DNA of 44,313 bases. Origin: Actinomycetota bacterium (GTDB lineage Bacteria; Actinomycetota; Actinomycetes; Nanopelagicales; Nanopelagicaceae). The number at the start of each line of letters is the position of its first letter. Position 1 is the first letter of the stretch. The stretch lies in the NCBI GenBank assembly GCA_009702525.1, contig WLHW01000001.1, positions 1 through 44,313 on the forward strand, in the 5' to 3' direction. Below the pieces are notes generated by a model that had not been told where the DNA came from, did not search any database, and saw only the letters and a program-made list of their open reading frames with translations. Positions 33,492-41,572 of the stretch are shown piece by piece. The position numbers were made by a program, and so were the translations under genes.

Positions 33492-34073
33492 GTGAAAACC
33501 CAAGCATCCCGACCGACTATCGCCGTCTATGGCCACGCAAGTGCCGATCCAGCCGCGGTAGCCGAAGCCGTGAGTGGGCAGTGTGGGGTAAGCGCCAATC
33601 CTGAAACGGATTGTGCAATATTCGTAATTAACCCAGCCACTGGAATCGATCAGGCCACGATAGATATCTGGCAGAGCCTGGATGAGTTTCAGACTCCTCG
33701 CATGGTTGTCGTCACACATTTAGCCGATTCAACTTCTGACTTTGACGATGCCGTCATGCTGGCCAATCGTGTCTTTGATCAGATGGCGACTCCTTACTTA
33801 GTTCTCCATGATGAAGCTGGCTTACCGTGCGCTCTTATCTCGTTAGAAACTATGCGCATCATTGACTACAGCACAGTTCCTGCAAGTGATAGCGCATGTG
33901 AACCAGAACATGAAACGTTAGTGCAAGAGTTTCGCGATGAGTATTTAGAGATTATTCACTCAATGGGGACCGGTTCATTTGCAGCGGGCCTTCTCTTTCC
34001 AGCGATTCCTTTGTGGATTGAAAAAGGTGTTGGTCTTGATGTTGTTGAAAAATATTTAGCGCAACTTATTTGA
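33492..34073 (+). CDS. Small protein resembling a degenerate EF-G2 (FusA2-like) G domain
   Basis: IAVYGH, DCAIFVI..ATGIDQAT..IW..TPRMVVVTHL..DFD, IIDYS, FPAIP..GVG follow the order of EF-G-like G-domain blocks; occupies the EF-G2 slot between pgsA and HIT. Confidence 0.72.
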   Translation: MKTQASRPTIAVYGHASADPAAVAEAVSGQCGVSANPETDCAIFVINPATGIDQATIDIWQSLDEFQTPRMVVVTHLADSTSDFDDAVMLANRVFDQMATPYLVLHDEAGLPCALISLETMRIIDYSTVPASDSACEPEHETLVQEFRDEYLEIIHSMGTGSFAAGLLFPAIPLWIEKGVGLDVVEKYLAQLI

Positions 34074-34075
34074 AA

Positions 34076-34597
34076 TTACCAAGCTGCAGCGATCTCGCTT
34101 CGTGTAATCGATAATAACTGTGGCAAAACTTTCGTTTTGCCAATTATGGGCATGAAGTTAGCGTCACCACCCCACCGTGGTACGACATGCTGGTGAATAT
34201 GTTCTGCGACTCCGGCACCAGATACTGCGCCTTGATTCATACCTAAATTAAAACCCTGAGGCGCAGATACTTTTCGAATAGTTTTCATGGCATGTGCAGT
34301 TAGTTCAGAGATTTCATTTCGTTCTTCGTGACTCAAATCTGTTAAATCAGCTACATGACGATATGCACATACCAAAAGATGTCCTGGGTTGTACGGATAC
34401 AGGTTCATCACGACAAATGAATGAACGCCTCGAAAGACGATTAATCCCTCTTCATCATTGAGCTGAGGGATACGACAGAAAGGGCACTGGATGTCATTGC
34501 CCTCTAAAGGGCGATTCTCCCCGCGAAGGTAATCGAGCCGGTGCGGCGCCCATAACCGTTGCCAGTCATCAGGCATTCCCACTCCATCATTACTCAT
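34076..34597 (-). CDS. HIT family hydrolase (Ap4A phosphorylase-like)
   Basis: RLWAPHR, CPFC, NLYPYNPGH, HIHQHVVPRW; follows thrS. Confidence 0.93.
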   Translation of the reverse strand: MSNDGVGMPDDWQRLWAPHRLDYLRGENRPLEGNDIQCPFCRIPQLNDEEGLIVFRGVHSFVVMNLYPYNPGHLLVCAYRHVADLTDLSHEERNEISELTAHAMKTIRKVSAPQGFNLGMNQGAVSGAGVAEHIHQHVVPRWGGDANFMPIIGKTKVLPQLLSITRSEIAAAW

Positions 34598-34600
34598 ACA

Positions 34601-36589
34601 TCACACCTGAGTGCGTTCTGCGACGATCTTTTTAATCTCAGCGATTGCATCGGCAATTGGAATGCCGTTTTTTTGCTCACCGTTTCGATAACGAAATGAC
34701 ACGGCCTTAGCCGCTTGGTCTTCTTCGCCAGCGATCACCATAAAAGGAATCTTCTGCAGTTGGGCGTTACGAACCTTTTTCTGCATACGGTCATCAGAGC
34801 TATCAAGTTCGGCTCGAATTCCAGAGCTACGCATCTGCTTAATGACATCGGCTAAATAATCGGCAAAAGCATCGGCTACAGGAATACCAATAGCTTGCAC
34901 CGGGGCTAACCATGGTGGAAATGCGCCAGCGTAATGTTCAGTTAAAACTCCGAAGAAGCGCTCAATGGAACCAAAGAGCGCGCGGTGAATCATGACCGGG
35001 CGCTGGCGAGATCCATCTGCTGCTGCGAATTCGAGTTCGAAACGTTGAGGAAGTTGGAAGTCCACCTGAATGGTAGACATTTGCCACGTGCGACCAATTG
35101 CATCTTTTGCTTGGACTGAAATCTTAGGTCCATAGAAAGCTGCGCCACCTTCATCTAAAACTAATTCAAGGTTTTGTGCAGTTGCAGCTTTACGCAAAGC
35201 CTCTGTTGCTTCTACCCAATCACTATCCTCACCTACAGATTTTTCAGGGTTACGAGTTGATAGCTCTAAGTAGAAATCACCTAATCCGTAGTCGCGCAAA
35301 AGATTGAGTACGAACGTTAGAAGTGAATCTAACTCCCCTACCATCTGTTCTTTGGTGCAGTAAATGTGTGCATCGTCTTGGGTAAATCCACGCGCACGTG
35401 TAATGCCATGGAGAACGCCTGATTTTTCATAACGATAAACGGTTCCGAATTCAAATAAACGCAAAGGAAGTTCACGATAAGAACGACCACGTGAGCGATA
35501 AATAAGATTATGGAAAGGGCAGTTCATAGGCTTCATGTAGTACTGCTGACCAGCACGTTTGATAGTGCCATCGGCATGCAGCTCTTCATCCAAAATCATC
35601 GGTGGATACATACCTTCTGAGTACCACTGCAAGTGCCCCGATGTTTCAAAGAGTGCGGCCTTAGTTAAATGTGGAGAGTAAACAAACTCATAACCCTCAT
35701 CCTCGTGGCGTTTACGTGAGTAATCCTCCATCGCTCGCCGAACGATTCCACCCTTGGGATGAAAGACTGCTAGACCCGAGCCAATCTCTTCCGGGAATGA
35801 AAAAAGATCCAGCTCTGTGCCTAAGCGTCGATGATCGCGCTTTTCTGCTTCAGCTAAAAGTTCTAAATAACCATTGAGCTCATCTTGTGATGGCCAGGCA
35901 GTTCCATAAATGCGTTGAAGCATGGGATTCTTCTCAGAGCCACGCCAATATGCAGCAGCAGTGCGCATTAATTTGAAAGCAGGAATATGTTTTGTAGACG
36001 GCAAGTGTGGACCACGACATAAGTCGCTCCATACTGGATTGCCGTCACGACCCAAATTGTCATAGATAGTTAACTCAGCCCCACCAACTTCCACGCTGGC
36101 TTCCTCGCCGGCAGGACCTTTGATACCAATCAATTCACATTTGTAGGGCTCGTGTGCGAGTTCTTTGAGTGCATCAGCTTCAGTTGTGACGCGACGTCGG
36201 AATCGCTGACCTTCTTTAACGATCTTGCGCATGGCACTTTCAATCTTTACAAGATCATCTGGATTGAAGGTATTGGTTGGCTCGAAGTCGTAATAAAAAC
36301 CATCTTTAATCGGTGGTCCGATACCCAGTCGAGTGTTTGCATAGACTTCTTGAACTGCTTGAGCCATGACATGCGCAGTCGAATGTCGCAACACGGCCAA
36401 ACCATCTGGAGATGAAATAGATACACCCTCTACAACATCTCCCTCAACTAATTCTGTCCAAAGATCCTTGAGCGAACCATTAATTCGGGCAACGACAATA
36501 TCCTTCTGTTCGGCAAATAGATGGGTTGGGCGTAGATCGTTTTCAATCGATTGAGCCTTGCCATCTACAGTGATATTGATCGTGGACAT
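34601..36589 (-). CDS. thrS: Threonine--tRNA ligase
   Basis: [36 protein letters not shown]. Confidence 0.99.
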   Translation of the reverse strand: MSTINITVDGKAQSIENDLRPTHLFAEQKDIVVARINGSLKDLWTELVEGDVVEGVSISSPDGLAVLRHSTAHVMAQAVQEVYANTRLGIGPPIKDGFYYDFEPTNTFNPDDLVKIESAMRKIVKEGQRFRRRVTTEADALKELAHEPYKCELIGIKGPAGEEASVEVGGAELTIYDNLGRDGNPVWSDLCRGPHLPSTKHIPAFKLMRTAAAYWRGSEKNPMLQRIYGTAWPSQDELNGYLELLAEAEKRDHRRLGTELDLFSFPEEIGSGLAVFHPKGGIVRRAMEDYSRKRHEDEGYEFVYSPHLTKAALFETSGHLQWYSEGMYPPMILDEELHADGTIKRAGQQYYMKPMNCPFHNLIYRSRGRSYRELPLRLFEFGTVYRYEKSGVLHGITRARGFTQDDAHIYCTKEQMVGELDSLLTFVLNLLRDYGLGDFYLELSTRNPEKSVGEDSDWVEATEALRKAATAQNLELVLDEGGAAFYGPKISVQAKDAIGRTWQMSTIQVDFQLPQRFELEFAAADGSRQRPVMIHRALFGSIERFFGVLTEHYAGAFPPWLAPVQAIGIPVADAFADYLADVIKQMRSSGIRAELDSSDDRMQKKVRNAQLQKIPFMVIAGEEDQAAKAVSFRYRNGEQKNGIPIADAIAEIKKIVAERTQV

Positions 36590-36593
36590 GTGC

Positions 36594-37352
36594 TTAGCCT
36601 ACCGAATGAAGTCGGACCATCGCCTTTATTTCATCAACGAAGGCATGTGATGGCTGCAATGGGCGGCCGGCAATGGCGTGAACCTCTTGTGCGATACGCA
36701 GACTACTGAGCAGAATTGCTTTGCTGACGTCGCCGATTCTTGTGAGCGGAATCGATTGAACCTGAACATCGCAGTGATCAAGAACCAATTCGCGCATGAT
36801 TCCAGGCAAAACGCCATCAGTTGTTGGAGGAGTTAACCAGACACTATCGATACAGAAAATGATATTTGAGACTGCGCCTTCGCAGATATTTCCCTCGGTG
36901 TTGCTGACAATCGTTTCATCAAAGCCCAATAAATGGGCCTCTTCCAAAATAGCTAAACGATGTTCGTATGGATAGCTCTTGAGTGTTTCACCATGCGAAA
37001 TTAGAACCTCGGGATGAATCCCTAGGTTAGCTGAGTTGAGAACAGGACGATACGGCAAATGAATTGCAGCCCACTGACCACTCCTATCGAATGAAACTCG
37101 TAGCAAACCATTTTCATGTGGTTCAGTCTTAAGTAATTCAGTGATGGATTCTTCTACTATTTCTAGTGAGGGCATCGCAATTGAAAGTACACCAGAGCTG
37201 CGATATCCACGTTGCATATGACGAGCTAATGCCCACGCTTGACCATCAATTGTGCGAATAGTTTCAAATATCCCAGCCCCAATAAGCCAACCGGTCTCTG
37301 TGCACGGTGCGTTTTTGATGTCAACGAGCTCACCGTTAAATATTATTTTCAT
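36594..37352 (-). CDS. Class IV aminotransferase (PabC/ADC lyase-like)
   Basis: [25 protein letters not shown]; start moved to ATG 37352 (ATGA overlap). Confidence 0.88.
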   Translation of the reverse strand: MKIIFNGELVDIKNAPCTETGWLIGAGIFETIRTIDGQAWALARHMQRGYRSSGVLSIAMPSLEIVEESITELLKTEPHENGLLRVSFDRSGQWAAIHLPYRPVLNSANLGIHPEVLISHGETLKSYPYEHRLAILEEAHLLGFDETIVSNTEGNICEGAVSNIIFCIDSVWLTPPTTDGVLPGIMRELVLDHCDVQVQSIPLTRIGDVSKAILLSSLRIAQEVHAIAGRPLQPSHAFVDEIKAMVRLHSVG

Positions 37353-38338
37353 ACGAGTTCTCCACCAGCGATAGAAATCAAACGCTTCGCCTTGAGCTGA
37401 GTCTCTTCCCATTCTGCATCCGGATCACTAGACCAGGTTATTCCTGCACCTGTACCAAAACGCAATGCACTATCTTTAAAAAAGATACGAATGGCAACGG
37501 ATAATTCGCAGGCATCACCTTGTACCCAACCTAAAGCCCCACAGTAGGGACCACGTTTATTTTCATTAGCTTCAATAACCGACACCGCAGAAGACTTCGG
37601 TGCACCACTGATTGAACCAGGTGGATGAAGCATAGAAATAATTTGGCTCCAGCCAATGCCGCTCTTCAACTCCCCTACAATATCTGAGACTAAATGCACC
37701 AACCCGGGATGGACTTCTGAATCTAAAAGGCGTGGAACTGATACTGAACCACTTTCACATATCGCCCCTAGATCATTTCTCATTAAATCGACGATCATCA
37801 CATTTTCAGCAATATCTTTCGCGCCGAAATGAGTCTGACCTGGCAACTGTGTTCCCTTAATGGGTGACGTACGCACATAGTTTCCGACGCGCGATAGAAA
37901 AAGTTCGGGTGAGGCCGATGCGATATTTATTCCGGGAATTTCCAAATAAGTAGCCCACGGGGCAGGATTGTTTTTTAAGATCTCTGAAAACAATCCACGC
38001 AGATTTATCGAAGCATCAATCTCATGGCGTAGCTCTCGGCAAGCATTAACTTGATAAACCCAACCTTCAGAAACATGCTGCTGTATTTTCTTGACGTACG
38101 CTACGTAATCATCGTGACTCTTTGATGTTGCCCACGTTCCGGATAGGGGCTCCCACGCTTGGCTTGGGAACTCTGATCTCATAACCGTTGCAAATTTAGC
38201 TGCTGTAAATCCACCTTCAAAGGTAGTTGATACTGCCCAGAATCCCCCATCATCTAAAGCGGCAGGATCGTGAGAGATTTCAATCAAATCGGTGGCTAAA
38301 CGCCCATTCATCCAGAAGTTGGCTTCACCGCTGTTCAC
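37349..38338 (-). CDS. Chorismate-binding protein (PabB / anthranilate synthase component I family)
   Basis: YQVN, SASPELFL, SPIKGT, ENVMIVDLMRNDL, PPGSISGAPK. Confidence 0.92.
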   Translation of the reverse strand: MNSGEANFWMNGRLATDLIEISHDPAALDDGGFWAVSTTFEGGFTAAKFATVMRSEFPSQAWEPLSGTWATSKSHDDYVAYVKKIQQHVSEGWVYQVNACRELRHEIDASINLRGLFSEILKNNPAPWATYLEIPGINIASASPELFLSRVGNYVRTSPIKGTQLPGQTHFGAKDIAENVMIVDLMRNDLGAICESGSVSVPRLLDSEVHPGLVHLVSDIVGELKSGIGWSQIISMLHPPGSISGAPKSSAVSVIEANENKRGPYCGALGWVQGDACELSVAIRIFFKDSALRFGTGAGITWSSDPDAEWEETQLKAKRLISIAGGELV

Positions 38339-38407
38339 AGCAGAACGCTATCCATTTACTACCCACTTTGGCGCTTATGCCCTACCTACGATAGATTTTG
38401 CCTCCTC

Positions 38408-38480
38408 GCGGACGTAGCGCAGTTGGTAGCGCGGAACCTTGCCAAGGTTCAGGTCGCCGGTTCGAACCCGGTCGTCCGCT
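38408..38480 (+). tRNA. tRNA-Gly(GCC)
   Basis: Acceptor GCGGACG/CGTCCGC, anticodon arm GAACC-TTGCCAA-GGTTC, GGTTCGAAC T loop; CCA not encoded. Confidence 0.97.
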
Positions 38481-38501
38481 CTGAGTAGGCAACATGTAAT
38501 T

Positions 38502-38575
38502 GGTCGGATGGCCGAGAGGCGAGGCAAGGGACTGCAAATCCCTCTACACGGGTTCAAATCCCGTTCCGACCTCCA
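38502..38575 (+). tRNA. tRNA-Cys(GCA)
   Basis: Acceptor GGTCGGA/TCCGACC, anticodon arm AGGGA-CTGCAAA-TCCCT, U73 then encoded CCA. Confidence 0.97.
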
Positions 38576-38609
38576 TGAGTGAGGACAGAGCTATAGAGAG
38601 GCGCACCCC

Positions 38610-38948
38610 ATGAGCGAGTCAATGCGCCCGTGGGGACGATATGAAATCCTTCAAGAAAGTGATTCTCATAAAGTTAAATGCATCTGGGTTCTTCCAGGTA
38701 AGCGTTTATCGTATCAACGCCATACCAAACGTGCCGAACACTGGTTTATCGTCGCAGGTTCTGCGCGTTTAACAATTGACGGTCACATTACTGAGCTACA
38801 AGCTGGTGGAACTGCTGATATTGCAATCGGAGTTCTGCATCGGATAGAAAATATCGGCACTAGTGACGTTATCTTCATTGAGGTTCAGACCGGTACATAC
38901 TTTGGTGAAGATGATATTGAGCGTATCGAGGACGACTTCGGCCGCTAA
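38610..38948 (+). CDS. Stand-alone type II mannose-6-phosphate isomerase cupin domain
   Basis: RPWG, LSYQRH..RAEHW, HRIEN, EVQTG.YFGEDDIERIEDDFGR match the C-terminal cupin of ManC/AlgA. Confidence 0.9.
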   Translation: MSESMRPWGRYEILQESDSHKVKCIWVLPGKRLSYQRHTKRAEHWFIVAGSARLTIDGHITELQAGGTADIAIGVLHRIENIGTSDVIFIEVQTGTYFGEDDIERIEDDFGR

Positions 38949-38966
38949 TAGACAAATATCGTGGGG

Positions 38967-38972
38967 TATGAT
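38967..38972 (+). promoter_or_regulatory. Probable -10 for tRNA-Val
   Basis: TATGAT 13 nt before the tRNA, in the loop of TGGGG...CCCCA. Confidence 0.5.
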
Positions 38973-38985
38973 TCCCCAACAGCAA

Positions 38986-39057
38986 GGATCGTTGGCTCAG
39001 CGGTAGAGCACCACATTGACATTGTGGGGGTCACTGGTTCGATCCCAGTACGGTCCA
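38986..39057 (+). tRNA. tRNA-Val(GAC)
   Basis: Acceptor GGATCGT/ACGGTCC, anticodon arm CCACA-TTGACAT-TGTGG, GGTTCGATC T loop; CCA not encoded. Confidence 0.96.
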
Positions 39058-39060
39058 CTT

Positions 39061-39615
39061 CTAAGAAATTCCTTTAAACTCCTGCGCACTCAATTCATAC
39101 ACTTCTTCAGGACCATCGATGTCATCAATCTGTTGACCAACATGAATAAAACCAAATTTTCTTACTAAGGCAACTGACGCCGCGTTATCTGCAGAGACTG
39201 TGTACCTGAGTGTTTTTACCTCTTGATGTTTGCAGGCCCAACTCCACATACCTTTGAGAGCTTCATATCCGTACCCCTGGTTATGGAAATTTCTATGTAT
39301 GCCTAAACCAATTTCAACCATTCCATCTTTATCAGGAGCTGCATGGAAACTGGTACTGCCAATAATCTGAGCACTCTCTTTCACAACAATCCACCTGACG
39401 AACCACCTATTAACTGAACTATCTTTTTTTACTTGTGGAACCCGCCAAGCCAGAGGTCCCGGGGCATCCATCAACTCCCGATAAGGATTCGTATAGCTCT
39501 TATCGCTATAGATCCACGTGTCTTCAGGGTTTTCAAAGAGTGAAATTAGCTCATCAGCTGCAATGTGATGAAGCTCTAAGCGTGGTGTCGAGATAATTGG
39601 TTCGCGATTATTCAG
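39061..39615 (-). CDS. GNAT N-acetyltransferase (RimJ/RimL-like); probable non-canonical start
   Basis: VEIGLGI..FHNQGYG..N.AS..L..KFGF; frame stays open upstream of 39474 and encodes IISTPRLELHHI; start uncertain (CTG 39615 or ATT 39621). Confidence 0.8.
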   Translation of the reverse strand: MNNREPIISTPRLELHHIAADELISLFENPEDTWIYSDKSYTNPYRELMDAPGPLAWRVPQVKKDSSVNRWFVRWIVVKESAQIIGSTSFHAAPDKDGMVEIGLGIHRNFHNQGYGYEALKGMWSWACKHQEVKTLRYTVSADNAASVALVRKFGFIHVGQQIDDIDGPEEVYELSAQEFKGIS

Positions 39616-40105
39616 GTAAATTTATTTCACCCGCGAAATCCGAGAATTCCCATAAGTCAATTTCATCTAAATCCAAAATTCGGATTCCGTGAACCTTTAA
39701 CGTGTCGGAGATCTGTGCTCTGTGCTCGGTTGCATGGTGAATCGACTGCGATATAATCGTTGAACGCGACCGATCAATATTTTTACCGTCACGTACATAC
39801 GTGTTGACTTCATCAGATTTGTGCGATTCGATCCTTAAAATCTCATCGGCTGCAGCACAGTACTTCTGCAGATCTGACAGTGGTAGCACCATTTTTTGAT
39901 CGAATCCCGTTGACACTGCTGTCCCACTTACTCGATACGCATATCCCCCAGCAGCAAGGACAATGTGGTTGGCCAGTTCTTGTACAGTCCAATCATCTTT
40001 GGTTAAACGCAGTTCCCAATCCTCGTCATTTAACTGACCTAGTTTTTCTAAGACGTGTTGATTTGCCCATGCCATGTGAAGCAGTAGTTTTTCCTGATTG
40101 AGCAT
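39608..40105 (-). CDS. DinB/YfiT family protein
   Basis: HMAWAN, LANHI, HHATEHRAQI metal-binding His pattern; GAGGAG SD. Confidence 0.87.
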   Translation of the reverse strand: MLNQEKLLLHMAWANQHVLEKLGQLNDEDWELRLTKDDWTVQELANHIVLAAGGYAYRVSGTAVSTGFDQKMVLPLSDLQKYCAAADEILRIESHKSDEVNTYVRDGKNIDRSRSTIISQSIHHATEHRAQISDTLKVHGIRILDLDEIDLWEFSDFAGEINLPE

Positions 40106-40315
40106 TTACAGCTCCTCTTGATCTAATGGAGTCGGATTTTCGTAGTTGCCGAGCCGGCGACCTAAGGTGCCATTGAGTCCGCCACTTGCATTCTGTCCAA
40201 ATCGCATTCTGCGAAAAGAATTATCCAGAGGATCAAGGCGTGGTTCGCGATGTGAACGAAATAAACTCTTCAACCATCGATAAGGGTTGCTTCGCATATT
40301 CAAATTATCGTTCAC
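40106..40315 (-). CDS. Small basic hypothetical protein
   Basis: 69-codon ORF that fills the gap between VOC and DinB genes; stop abuts next ATG; no motif recognised. Confidence 0.45.
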   Translation of the reverse strand: MNDNLNMRSNPYRWLKSLFRSHREPRLDPLDNSFRRMRFGQNASGGLNGTLGRRLGNYENPTPLDQEEL

Positions 40316-40324
40316 CAGTGACGC

Positions 40325-40780
40325 TTATTCATGTAAATCGTCGATAATTATCTTCCTCATTTCGCGCATAGCAGCCCAGGCATAAGTAGACTTCGTGGGA
40401 TCGGGATTTCCTAAGTGATCATGCATTTGTTTGGGGCTCACTTGCCAGCTAACTCCGAATGCGTCAACGCACCAACCGCATTGGCCTTCGGATCCATTCT
40501 TAGTTATCGCATCCCACAGACGATCGGTCTCTTCTTGACCATCACACGATATGGATAATGAGATGGATGGATTGAACTCTGGGCCGCCAGGCCAGCCCAT
40601 CCCAATTAATTCATGACCATAGATTGAAAACTCTGCCGTCATCAGCTTGCCATTGGCCTCGGGGCGGCTGGAGCTGTGGAGTAGAAAACCATCACCGAAA
40701 GTTTCTGCATAGAACGAGAGGGCTTCCTCTAAGTTGTTGTTGTACCAAAGGAAAGTGCGTAATGCTGCGGATTGCGTCAT
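40325..40780 (-). CDS. VOC family protein (PhnB / 3-demethylubiquinone methyltransferase-like)
   Basis: TFLWY..EEALSFY, FNPSISL, QEETDRLW, CGWCVDAFGVSWQV. Confidence 0.9.
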   Translation of the reverse strand: MTQSAALRTFLWYNNNLEEALSFYAETFGDGFLLHSSSRPEANGKLMTAEFSIYGHELIGMGWPGGPEFNPSISLSISCDGQEETDRLWDAITKNGSEGQCGWCVDAFGVSWQVSPKQMHDHLGNPDPTKSTYAWAAMREMRKIIIDDLHE

Positions 40781-40789
40781 TGGTGTGGC

Positions 40790-41563
40790 CTATTTCGTAG
40801 CGAGGGATTCGATAAAGGTCAAAGAATTGTGAAAAATTAACTCCTGGTCATAATCCAGAGTTGCAACATGATACGAATTGACCAGTTCAATACGTGATTT
40901 ATTGGTTGAACCTAAACCAGCCATGATGATCTCAGTGTTTGATACAGGCAACGTATGGTCTTCAACGCTATGGAAAAGTTGCACAGGAACTGTGATTTTC
41001 CCAAGATTTTTGCGTGTAATTTTTAACATAATGAGCAGTTGGTGGATCCCACGAGTAGGCAAAGCGTCATAACCATGTTCGGTAATTCCGGGACGCTTAA
41101 TATCGTTACCGACAGATGTGCGCAGTTTCTGGAAGCGCGATAATAGATATCCAACCGGGGCCGAAATAAAAGGCACATGGATCATTGGATTGACCAAAAT
41201 AATTCCACTCAAACGTTCATTATTATTTTCTGTCACGTACAAAGTTGTTCCGCCGCCCATTGATAAACCGCAGATAAATACTTGATCACAGCTCTTAAAT
41301 AACTCTTCTAACTCGCTCTGAACTTTGGCGGGCCACTCTTGCCATTTAACTTTATTGAGATCTTCAGGTTTAGTGCCATGTCCGGGCAATAGTGGAATTC
41401 GCACTGTGTAGCCCTTAGCTAAAAAGAACTCTCCCCATGGGCGCATCGATGGCGGTGCCCCGGTGAATCCATGAACTAAAAGGATTCCAATTCGCGCATT
41501 CTTGCCGCTTCCAGATGCTGACCAATCCTGCATCCATCCTGGGGGTGCCGTTTCAACTGCCAT
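40790..41563 (-). CDS. Alpha/beta hydrolase (carboxylesterase / monoacylglycerol lipase type)
   Basis: HGFTG, LPGHG, GLSMGG nucleophile, EDH, SYHV. Confidence 0.92.
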   Translation of the reverse strand: MAVETAPPGWMQDWSASGSGKNARIGILLVHGFTGAPPSMRPWGEFFLAKGYTVRIPLLPGHGTKPEDLNKVKWQEWPAKVQSELEELFKSCDQVFICGLSMGGGTTLYVTENNNERLSGIILVNPMIHVPFISAPVGYLLSRFQKLRTSVGNDIKRPGITEHGYDALPTRGIHQLLIMLKITRKNLGKITVPVQLFHSVEDHTLPVSNTEIIMAGLGSTNKSRIELVNSYHVATLDYDQELIFHNSLTFIESLATK

Positions 41564-41572
41564 AGTGAAAGG

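Noticed and set aside
33468-33719. 84-aa N-terminal extension of pgsA in the ORF track
   Set aside because: Overlaps the opposite-strand gene; PgsA similarity begins at ATG 33467, which has its own candidate -10
38375-38557. 60-aa minus-strand ORF
   Set aside because: Antisense to tRNA-Gly and tRNA-Cys
39616-39622. A AAT TTA slippery heptamer near the end of the DinB gene, suggesting a DinB-GNAT frameshift fusion
   Set aside because: A -1 shift reads AAA TTT ACC TGA and stops; the GNAT is in the +1 frame
38408-41563. Prophage or integrative element at the tRNA cluster
   Set aside because: No integrase, phage or transposase ORF, and no repeated tRNA 3' end seen by eye
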